Below, piece after piece: positions 27,240 through 35,759 of a stretch of 64,000 nt of DNA. The notes under the pieces were generated by a model. That model saw nothing but the letters and a program-made list of their open reading frames with translations. It ran no database searches and was not told the DNA's origin. Origin of the DNA: Podarcis gaigeae (taxonomy: Eukaryota); the NCBI GenBank assembly GCA_964106915.2, contig OZ066914.1; one strand, written 5' to 3'. Each line of letters opens with the position of its first letter. Position 1 is the stretch's first letter. The translations under genes were made by a program, and so were the position numbers.

Positions 27240-28289
27240 GCCAGGATATGGAATATCTTATAAGGCAAGGAATCTGCCCTTTTTCATTTAACCTTCTCAT
27301 ACAGTTTCCAACCTATACAGTTCCCTTGATGTGTAAGTATGTTTTTTCATACCCATGAACACACTGGACCTAGAAGTTCTCTTATACCACTCTGAAACCT
27401 GATTTAACAATGCCACTTCAGTTTCCTGAATAATTATAAGAACTGTTGTCCCTCTTAATACCCAGAAGTTTTAGGAACAAATTGCTAATGGAGAGTTCTT
27501 AGTCACTGTCCCACCTGTGTCCTAAATAAACTGAACAAGCCTGACCAGTGGCAGGAAACTGAACACTGGCAGGTTTGGAAATCTCTCCAGCTTCTTGATC
27601 TTTTATTCTCTTCAGAGCAGCTGATCCCTTCCTCCAGGGCCTGAATCCATTTTTTTAAAAAAAAAAACATTGTCCAAGTAAGTTGATTCTAATCTACTCC
27701 AGACTTGTGGCACATGATAAAGTGCCGGCCGTCTCTCATTTTGTGGTAGGGATGTGTACAGCAGCCTGAAAAGTTGCCATTGAGGAAGATGAAGCGGATC
27801 CAGGAACAAAGTTAAGCTAGTTCTGCAACAGTGTGTAAAAGGCATGTCCTTGACCACTCCACCTGGTATATTAACAAAGTCAACATGCCCCAAAGGTCAA
27901 GGTACTATCTCTAAATGCAACGTGCAGTTGCTACAACGTTTGTGAGTTAGCCCTCAGCAGGACTACTTTGTGATTTTAGGACAAGCCTATTTATTTGCAG
28001 AGTGTGTTTGGTGCACCCAGTATTGTTGTCATTCAGTAAACCTCAGTTTGAAATGTTCACACTAATAAATATTCCAGGTTTTAATTGCTGCAGAGCTACA
28101 TGTGTACCAGAATACAGATCATGATTTATTTATTTTATATATGTGCATACCCCCTCATTCTATGCAAAAATTCTTTCAGGGTGGCTTACATAAATCTACC
28201 AAAAAAGAAAAGTGTGAAAAAATACAACCGATTTCAAAAATACAACATTAGCAAATAAACAGCAGGATAAAAGCATCAGTTCCCTTAAA

Positions 28290-28490
28290 GGGAAAGGGTT
28301 GTGGTTCAGTGGCAGAGCATGTGGCTTGTATGTAAAAGATCACTGCTTCAATCCCTGGCCTCTCCAGACAGAGAAGGGAGAAACCTCTGCCTGAAACCCT
28401 GAAAGGCTGCTGCTGCCTGTCAGTGTAGACAGTGTGGAGCTTTGTGGACCTAAGGTCTGACTCACTATAAGGCAGCTTCCTATGTTCTTA
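28290..28490 (+). mobile_element. tRNA-derived squamate SINE (Squam-like), degenerate
   Basis: A/B-box-like head (GGTTCAGTGGCAGAGCA...TTCAATCCC) and 3' end ATAAGGCAGCTTCCTATGTTC. Confidence 0.6.
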
Positions 28491-28757
28491 ACTGAAACAG
28501 TTCCATTATGTGTTAGAAATTAAAAGTGCCAGAAAGATAACTGAGGCGACTCTTCCATAAACAGAATGCCAAAACCAAGAAAGCTGCTCTCAGCTGACAG
28601 GGGCACTTAGACGAAGGCCTTCAAATATTACTCTGAGTAGGTTCATGTTCAAATCACCAAGTCTTCAGGTACCAATAGATGTATAGAGCTTTAAAGTTAA
28701 GCACCAATAGTTTCCTCAAATATATAATTTATTTATTATGTTGTAAGCTGCCTAGAA

Positions 28758-29104
28758 TGCTGTAGGTTAAACCACAGAGCCTAGGACTTGCCAATCAGAA
28801 GGTTGGTGGTTCGAATTCCCACGAAGGGGTGAGCTCCCATTGTTCGGTCCCAGCTCCTGCCAACCTAGCAGTTCAAAAGCACGTCAAAGTGCAAGTAGAT
28901 AAATAGGTACCACTCCAGCAGGAAGGTAAACGGCGTTTCCGTGTGCTGCTCTGGTTTGCCAGAAGCGGCTTAGTCATGCTGGCCACATGACCCGGGAGCT
29001 GTCTGCGGACGAACGCCAGTTCCCTCGGCCAATAGAGCGAGATGAGCACCGCAACCCCAGAGTCGGTCACGACTGGACCTAATGGTCAGGGGCCCCTTTA
29101 CCTT
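28758..29104 (+). mobile_element. Sauria SINE, slightly 5'-truncated
   Basis: 14-bp TSD TAAGCTGCCTAGAA at 28744-28757 and 29105-29118. Confidence 0.9.
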
Positions 29105-29129
29105 TAAGCTGCCTAGAAATGATGCTGTC

Positions 29130-29889
29130 TGTCAGAGCCACCCGTGGTCCCAGCTCACAAGAGACCAAAGTCCAGTCCAAGTTATATACAAAAGGTTTTA
29201 TTGAAGAACATTGTTGGCATTACATCCAAGCTCCGTGGCTCCGGATCTGTTACTCTTAGATCGTAGAAGTCCCCTCTGAGTCAGTCCCGCCCCTGCACCA
29301 GCTTAAGAGGCTTGTACTGCTCCACCTTTTCCTCTCCTTCCTTTTCCGCAGGGTCTTCCTGCCCCCCTGTGCTCCCTCCCTTCGGGACTCCCCCGAGGCT
29401 GAGTCTTCTGACGCCTGCTCCCCCCTCCTTCGTGCTTTGGGACCAGGCTCCTCCTCAGGGCTCTCCTCATTTCCGCGCGCCTCCACATTTGAACTTGGCG
29501 CGCGTACGTTGCCTCTGACCTTCCTTTCGACCGTTACGCTACTCTCGGTACTACACTCCTCCCCTTCCGGCAGGACGTTCTGCTCCGAACTCCTTCCCCT
29601 CTCTGCTCCCTGTTCTGCTCTTTCTGACACACTGGCAACTCCACCCCCTTCACTCCGTTCCGACGGAGAGGCCGGTCCCGATCTCCAACCCCCACTGGGG
29701 ATTCCCTCTTCGTTCCCCTGCTTCTGACTGCTTCCCTCTCTACTGCCCCTTGGCCTGACCAGGGGGGCTCCTTTTTGGGAATCCTCGGATTCACTTGACG
29801 GACTCACTGACAACCTCGGGTCATCGTCGTCCTCTTCCTCGTCGCCCTGGGACCCCTCCCCCTCGCTCTCTGTCCCTGAAACCCTGACA
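29130..29889 (-). repeat. 3' LTR
   Basis: Copy of 34854-35613 (offset 5724); minus-strand AATAAA at 29197-29202. Confidence 0.96.
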
Positions 29890-32800
29890 TCCATCCCCCC
29901 CTCGAAGCCCCCCCTTCCCCCCTCCCGCCCATCAGGTGCAGGTTGTAGGAGCTGCAGCTCTTCGGAGGTGGATGCAGGATACAGGTTGTGTACCTCCATT
30001 TCCTCTGCTTGCAGTTCGGTGTATGAGTGTTCGAATTCGGGTTCTTGACCCAAAGTGTTCTCTTCTCCCTCTTCCATTGGTACCTCGTCTGGTGCTGCCG
30101 GCCAAGGTCCCGTCAGCCATTTCCTGCGCCAGTCCTCCTCTGGTTGCTCGTCCCACCAATAAGAGGGTTCTGTGTCCACCCCTGAGCACGATCCCCTGGG
30201 CGGGCTAGATTCTGGCGTTCTCTCCTCGGCTGAAGAAAAACCCCGGAAAGTACTGTCTGAGAGTGTGGGCGTAAAGAGCCAGTCATCAAAGTACTCGGCT
30301 GGCATGGGTCTATGCGGGAAAAGGGCATGGAACTCGTCTTTTAGAAGAGGTTCGTCTAAAGCGTAGCCCGGCACCCAACCGTTGGCACTGGCTGGAGTGC
30401 CCTCTGTGGCTAGAAAGTATTCTACCCCCTCTTTCCCCCATCTCGAGTCCAGGATTTCTGTGACCTCGTTGAGTGGTTCGGCCCTAGGCGCCCTCTCCCT
30501 CTCCTGTGACTTAGTGTGTAGTTGTGGGACTGTTTCAGACTCCTGAAACCTGTGCGGTGCCTTGTAGGGGGTGAGCACCGACCTGTGAAATACTGGATGC
30601 ACTCTGGAACCTTCGGGGAGGGCTAGTCGAAAGGCTACAGGGTTGATCTTAGCCTCCACCTGGTACGGCCCTAACTGCCTGTGCCCTAGCTTCTTCTTGG
30701 CCAACGACTTGGTTGGCATCGCTTGGGCCGCTAACCACACCCAGTCCCCCACCTGGATCTCCTCCCCCGCTCTCCTGCTTTTGTCTGCCTGCACCTTATA
30801 TGCTTGCTTGGCCAGCTCCAAATGTCTCCGCAACTCTTCGTGCACCTCCTGCAGCTCCGCTGCAAACTGGTCGGCTTCTTGCGGCACCCCCTCTCTCGGT
30901 GCCCCGAACCCCGGGAAGGTTCTGGGATGACGACCGTTGTTCGCGAAGAACGGCGTCACCCCCGTGGACGCGTGCTTCGTGTTGTTATAGGCAAACTCTG
31001 CCATCGGCAGGTAGTCCACCCAAGCTGCGGGTCGCTGATTGGCGTAACATCTCAGGTACTGCTGCATGATCGCGTTGACCCTCTCAGCTTGGCCGTTGGT
31101 CTGTGGGTGTCTCGCCGACATAAGGTTGATCTTGACGTTCAGGATACCTAAAAGCTTCTGCCAAAAATTGGAAACAAACTGGCGCCCCCTGTCGGACAGG
31201 ATGGACTGCGGCAGCCCATGCACCTTGAACACGTGATCGATGAAGAGTTTGGCAGTCTGTTCCGCCGTCGCCACCTTTGCGCACGGAATGAAGTGCGCCA
31301 TCTTGGTGAACAGGTCCACAACCACCAGTACCGCCGTCTTCCCTCTGGAGCTGGGCAGGTCAGTAACGAAGTCCAGGGCTACCCTCTCCCACGGTTGCTG
31401 TGGCGTTTCCAGCGGTTCCAACAGCCCCGCTGGCTTCTGGTGTACTGGCTTGAACCTCTGACAAGTGTCACACCTGGCGACGTAATCCGCTACCTCTCCG
31501 CGCATCCGGGGCCACCAAAAGTCCCTTGCCACCAGTTCTATTGTCTTCTCCTTACCGAAGTGGCCAGCACTGGGGGCGTCGTGCAACTGCTGCAGAACCT
31601 TTGCGCAAAGCTCGTCGCTTGGCACGTAGAGGGCACCTTTGCGAGTTAGCAGTCCGTCGCGCAGTTGGAACTCTTCTCCACTCTGCACACCTCTGCGCAA
31701 CTCCTCCATTTTGGACTGTGCGAACTGATCCACTTGCAACGCGCGTCGCACCGCGTCCAGATCTACTGTGATGGCAGCGCACGACCACGCCTGCGGTGCG
31801 AAAATGTGCTTGGCTGCTACTGGCGCCGCTTCATCGAGATATTGCGGTTTCCTGGATAGCGCATCGGCTATAACGTTGGAATCTCCTGGGATGTACTCTA
31901 TCCGAAAGTCGAAATCCGCGAAGAATTCCGCCCAGCGCATGTGTCTCTGGCTTTGGAGCTTCGCCGTGCGCCAATACTCTAGGTTCTTGTGATCCGTGCG
32001 GACCTGTACTGTGTGCTTGGCTCCTATGAGGAAGTGTCGCCACGCTTTGAAAGCTGCGTGAATGGCTAACAGCTCCCTGTCCCATATGGTGTAGTTTTGC
32101 TCCGCCTTGCTGAGCTTTCGGGAGTAAAAGGCACCGGGTCTCCAGTTTCCATGTGGATCTTCTTGCAGGAGTACGGCTCCAACCGCTCTGTCTGACGCGT
32201 CGGTCTCCACTCGCATGGGCCTGCCTGGATTCACGTGCAGCAGCTGCTCCTCGGAGGCGAAAAGGCTTTTAAGCTTCCGAAAAGAGCGCTCCGCCTGTTC
32301 CGTCCACACGAACCTCTTCTTCTTGGAACTCAGAGTGTCCGTGATCGCTGCCGTCTCCTTTGCAAAACCTCTGATGAATTTGCAGTAGAAGTTGGCGAAG
32401 CCGATGAATCTCTGGACTTCCTTCCGATTGCGTGGGCTCTTCCAGTCCAACACCGCACGGACCTTGACGCTGTCCATGGCGAGCCCCTTGTCGGACAGCT
32501 TGTAGCCTAAGAAATCCACCTCCGTCACATCAAACTGGCACTTCTCTAACTTGGCGTAGAGCCTGTTCTCCCGTAGTCTCTGCAGGACTTCTTTTACGTC
32601 CTTCTCATGGGCCTCTTCCGTTTCCGAAAAGATCAGGATGTCATCGAGGAAACACACACATTTCTTGTAGAGAAGTCCCGCTAGCACGTGATGCATAAAG
32701 GCTTGGAAGACGTGAGATCCATTTTGGAGACCAAACGGCATAACTCTGTATTCATACGTGCCCAGAGGCGTGAACATGGCCGTCTTCCACTCATCGCCCT

Positions 32801-33767
32801 CCCGGATGCGTATGAGGTTATACGCTCCACGCAGATCCAATTTGGTGAAGATCTTCCCCTTCCTCACGGTTGCTAGGAGATCATCTATCTTGGGCATGGG
32901 GAAGGCCTTGGGCTTGGTCATACTGTTTATGAACCTATAGTCCACAATGAGTCTTTTTTGGGGCGTGTCCTTCTTCTTTACAAAGAACACAGGACTGCCC
33001 CCCACTGCTTTCGATTCCCGGATGAATCCACGCTTCAAATTGTGCTCTATGAACCCCCTGAGCTCTTGCATCTCGTCCTCAGACATGGAATACAGTTTTG
33101 CAGTCGGCAACTGCGCCCCCGGCACCAGGTCGATGGCACAATCATAAGGTCTGTGGGGCAGCAACTGGTCAGCTTCCTTCTCGCAGAAAACCTCCAGGAA
33201 CCCTTCGTACTTGCTAGGTACTGCCTGCACCATGCCAAGTCGCAGCTGGTGCTCAGCCCCCTCCTCCTGGCAGGACTGGATGCAATTTTGAGCACAGTAC
33301 GATGAGCAAAAGGTGATCTGGCGTTGGTACCACGCTACAGCAGGACTGTGTCTCTCCAGCCAACTCATGCCTAATACTATAGGCGTGTCAGACAGGTGGG
33401 TGACATTGAAGCTAATGACTTCTCGGTGATCTCCTATCCGCATCACCATGGGAGGTGTCTGTTGCACAACTTGCCCTCCAAGCAATTTCCTGCCATCCAC
33501 CGTGACTACGTTCAGAGGCGTCGTGGCGGGCAGAAGCGCTATGCGATGCTGCTTGACGAATTGCATCCCCACGAAATCGGCGTTGCTCCCAGAATCGATC
33601 GTGAGGGGCACTTCTAGGGTGGTCCCATTTGGCAACTGAAGTGTTGCGGTGAGCTGCACCGCTGGCTTGGGTGGTAAAGGGTCTGTGGGTTGCAAAGACG
33701 CTGGGGACTGTTCTATAGATCCGCCTGGCTGAGCCCCAGCATTCGTGCTTACAGCCAGGCACTTTCG
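29256..33767 (-). CDS. pol: Pol (protease, RT, RNase H, integrase, chromodomain, long acidic/basic tail), expressed by -1 frameshift from gag
   Basis: IDSGSNADF (PR); LDLRGAYNLIR, MPFGL, FLDDILI (RT); ETDAS, RELLA, RTDHKNL, ADALSR (RH); HDAPSAGH..CDTC, LDFV, SDRG, QAERVN, GPY (IN); EVTEILDSRW..EYFL..GWVP (chromo). No internal stops. Confidence 0.95.
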   Translation of the reverse strand, partial: RKCLAVSTNAGAQPGGSIEQSPASLQPTDPLPPKPAVQLTATLQLPNGTTLEVPLTIDSGSNADFVGMQFVKQHRIALLPATTPLNVVTVDGRKLLGGQVVQQTPPMVMRIGDHREVISFNVTHLSDTPIVLGMSWLERHSPAVAWYQRQITFCSSYCAQNCIQSCQEEGAEHQLRLGMVQAVPSKYEGFLEVFCEKEADQLLPHRPYDCAIDLVPGAQLPTAKLYSMSEDEMQELRGFIEHNLKRGFIRESKAVGGSPVFFVKKKDTPQKRLIVDYRFINSMTKPKAFPMPKIDDLLATVRKGKIFTKLDLRGAYNLIRIREGDEWKTAMFTPLGTYEYRVMPFGLQNGSHVFQAFMHHVLAGLLYKKCVCFLDDILIFSETEEAHEKDVKEVLQRLRENRLYAKLEKCQFDVTEVDFLGYKLSDKGLAMDSVKVRAVLDWKSPRNRKEVQRFIGFANFYCKFIRGFAKETAAITDTLSSKKKRFVWTEQAERSFRKLKSLFASEEQLLHVNPGRPMRVETDASDRAVGAVLLQEDPHGNWRPGAFYSRKLSKAEQNYTIWDRELLAIHAAFKAWRHFLIGAKHTVQVRTDHKNLEYWRTAKLQSQRHMRWAEFFADFDFRIEYIPGDSNVIADALSRKPQYLDEAAPVAAKHIFAPQAWSCAAITVDLDAVRRALQVDQFAQSKMEELRRGVQSGEEFQLRDGLLTRKGALYVPSDELCAKVLQQLHDAPSAGHFGKEKTIELVARDFWWPRMRGEVADYVARCDTCQRFKPVHQKPAGLLEPLETPQQPWERVALDFVTDLPSSRGKTAVLVVVDLFTKMAHFIPCAKVATAEQTAKLFIDHVFKVHGLPQSILSDRGRQFVSNFWQKLLGILNVKINLMSARHPQTNGQAERVNAIMQQYLRCYANQRPAAWVDYLPMAEFAYNNTKHASTGVTPFFANNGRHPRTFPGFGAPREGVPQEADQFAAELQEVHEELRRHLELAKQAYKVQADKSRRAGEEIQVGDWVWLAAQAMPTKSLAKKKLGHRQLGPYQVEAKINPVAFRLALPEGSRVHPVFHRSVLTPYKAPHRFQESETVPQLHTKSQERERAPRAEPLNEVTEILDSRWGKEGVEYFLATEGTPASANGWVPGYALDEPLLKDEFHALFPHRPMPAEYFDDWLFTPTLSDSTFRGFSSAEERTPESSPPRGSCSGVDTEPSYWWDEQPEEDWRRKWLTGPWPAAPDEVPMEEGEENTLGQEPEFEHSYTELQAEEMEVHNLYPASTSEELQLLQPAPDGREGGRGGFEGGMDVRVSGTESEGEGSQGDEEEDDDDPRLSVSPSSESEDSQKGAPLVRPRGSREGSSQKQGNEEGIPSGGWRSGPASPSERSEGGGVASVSERAEQGAERGRSSEQNVLPEGEECSTESSVTVERKVRGNVRAPSSNVEARGNEESPEEEPGPKARRRGEQASEDSASGESRREGAQGGRKTLRKRKERKRWSSTSLLSWCRGGTDSEGTSTI
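29890..29903 (-). other. Polypurine tract
   Basis: GAGGGGGGGATGGA immediately 5' of the 3' LTR TG. Confidence 0.9.
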
Positions 33768-33773
33768 TTTCCC
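33700..33773 (-). promoter_or_regulatory. Programmed -1 ribosomal frameshift signal
   Basis: Slippery G GGA AAC (33773-33767), 6-nt spacer, stem 1 GCCTGGCTG/CAGCCAGGC, stem 2 GCTGGGG/CCCCAGC. Confidence 0.88.
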
Positions 33774-34792
33774 TGAAGCTCCTCTTCTTGGATCACTTCT
33801 GCTGCTACTGTTGCTAAAGCTGCAGTGTGTTTCTGGAGCCTCTGGGGGCACTCTTTCGCCATGTGCAGTGCACTGTCGCAAATGTAACACTTCCTGGTTC
33901 CTCTAGGAGGCTTCGCCTTTACTGCACCGGAAGCTGGGGCTCTGGCTGTTGCTTGAGCCTTAGCACCACCAAGTTCCATCGGCTCCTCCCCCTGCCTCCC
34001 CAGCGGCGAGGGATGTGACTGACTGAACTCCCTGGGGATGAAAGAAGACGTTCTCGCTGGTGGACGCACCTGACGTTCTTCCTCATTGTGCCAAGGACGT
34101 CCCTCGTGACGTATCCCAATCGCCAGAGCCCTCTGCACCACCTCCTCCAGGGTCTGAGGTCTGTCTCCCCTGGCAAGTTCGTCCTTTATGGGACCGCTGA
34201 GACCCTCCCAGAACAAATCCCTCACAGGTGTGCAGTCTTTCTCCCAGCGTAACGCAGTCAGTAAAGCAAAAAATCTGGAATGGTACTGACGCACAGTGGC
34301 TTTGTCTTGCCGCAGTCCAAATATCTCCCTGCGTGCAAGATCCAAATCTACGGTTGACTGGAAGCAGGCATCCATCGCTTTAATGAATTCATCAGAATCG
34401 CGGCGGGCAGGGCCATCTTCACGCCACAAATTGCGCAACCAGTCTCTGGCCGCCCCATACAAGTGAGAAACAATAAACCCCACTTTCTCCTCCTCATCTT
34501 TAAAGTCATGACGAAGCAAGTGCAATGCATACAAAACGTCTGCTCTGAAACTGGGGTAGTGCTTCAGGTTCCCATCGAAGTGGGTGACTAGGCTGCCCCC
34601 CCCCCGCCTTCCAAGTCCAATTCCCTCTGACCTGGACCCTGGGAACCCTTCCCTGCTTGCACGCTCCCACCTTGTTTGCAGGTCTTGGCAGCGCTTCTCC
34701 ATTTCGTCATGCTTCTTCTGAGACGCAAGGACTGCAGCGGTGAGTTCGGAAACTGTAGTTCGCAGTGCTGTCAGCTGATCCTCCGCACTCAT
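33749..34792 (-). CDS. gag: Gag (347 aa), coiled-coil N-terminus, capsid, CCHC zinc knuckle
   Basis: First ATG in context GCCATGA; LRQDKATVRQYHSRF MHR-like motif, EPMELG, CYICDSALHMAKEC. Confidence 0.93.
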   Translation of the reverse strand: MSAEDQLTALRTTVSELTAAVLASQKKHDEMEKRCQDLQTRWERASREGFPGSRSEGIGLGRRGGGSLVTHFDGNLKHYPSFRADVLYALHLLRHDFKDEEEKVGFIVSHLYGAARDWLRNLWREDGPARRDSDEFIKAMDACFQSTVDLDLARREIFGLRQDKATVRQYHSRFFALLTALRWEKDCTPVRDLFWEGLSGPIKDELARGDRPQTLEEVVQRALAIGIRHEGRPWHNEEERQVRPPARTSSFIPREFSQSHPSPLGRQGEEPMELGGAKAQATARAPASGAVKAKPPRGTRKCYICDSALHMAKECPQRLQKHTAALATVAAEVIQEEELQGNESAWL

Positions 34793-34840
34793 GGCTGTCA
34801 CCGTTTGTGAGCTTTGCAAAAAAAAAATTTGCGTTCTTTG

Positions 34841-34851
34841 AGAGGGGACTT
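34841..34851 (-). promoter_or_regulatory. Primer-binding site of self-priming type
   Basis: AAGTCCCCTCT, 2 nt after the 5' LTR; lacks the TGG of tRNA PBSs; exact complement of AGAGGGGACTT at 35001-34991 within the LTR. Confidence 0.8.
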
Positions 34852-34853
34852 AC

Positions 34854-35613
34854 TGTCAGAGCCACCCGTGGTCCCAGCTCACAAGAGACCAAAGTCCAGT
34901 CCAAGTTATATACAAAAGGTTTTATTGAAGAACATTGTTGGCATTACATCCAAGCTCCGTGGCTCCGGATCTGTTACTCTTAGATCGTAGAAGTCCCCTC
35001 TGAGTCAGTCCCGCCCCTGCACCAGCTTAAGAGGCTTGTACTGCTCCACCTTTTCCTCTCCTTCCTTTTCCGCAGGGTCTTCCTGCCCCCCTGTGCTCCC
35101 TCCCTTCGGGACTCCCCCGAGGCTGAGTCTTCTGACGCCTGCTCCCCCCTCCTTCGTGCTTTGGGACCAGGCTCCTCCTCAGGGCTCTCCTCATTTCCGC
35201 GCGCCTCCACATTTGAACTTGGCGCGCGTACGTTGCCTCTGACCTTCCTTTCGACCGTTACGCTACTCTCGGTACTACACTCCTCCCCTTCCGGCAGGAC
35301 GTTCTGCTCCGAACTCCTTCCCCTCTCTGCTCCCTGTTCTGCTCTTTCTGACACACTGGCAACTCCACCCCCTTCACTCCGTTCCGACGGAGAGGCCGGT
35401 CCCGATCTCCAACCCCCACTGGGGATTCCCTCTTCGTTCCCCTGCTTCTGACTGCTTCCCTCTCTACTGCCCCTTGGCCTGACCAGGGGGGCTCCTTTTT
35501 GGGAATCCTCGGATTCACTTGACGGACTCACTGACAACCTCGGGTCATCGTCGTCCTCTTCCTCGTCGCCCTGGGACCCCTCCCCCTCGCTCTCTGTCCC
35601 TGAAACCCTGACA
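34854..35613 (-). repeat. 5' LTR
   Basis: No differences from the 3' LTR seen by eye; ORF-track translations are identical in several frames. Confidence 0.96.
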
Positions 35614-35759
35614 TCGTCCAATAAGACAGCTTAGAAAACTTTAAAATAAAATGGACTAGGAGGGTAGTGCAGTGGTTTCAACACTGACAAAATGTGTGCT
35701 TGCACTTAGCAGCCATGTTGTGGACAACCTGCAAATGTGGCCCCATTAGAGTAGCCTAA

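Larger units (their letters stand above)
29130..35613 (-). mobile_element. Full-length Ty3/Gypsy LTR retrotransposon, Tf1/sushi chromovirus group
   Basis: Two 760-bp direct repeats with TGTCAG...CTGACA ends; gag plus pol in PR-RT-RH-IN-chromodomain order; PPT; CpG-rich relative to flanks. Confidence 0.97.

Noticed and set aside
33768-33890. ORF-track start of pol at 33890
   Set aside because: Non-ATG start overlapping gag; the frameshift at 33773-33767 explains pol expression.
34980-35621. 213-aa ORF in the 5' LTR as an independent gene
   Set aside because: Its start is a TTG in flanking DNA and most of it lies upstream of the predicted TSS; it is just the LTR copy of the pol tail.
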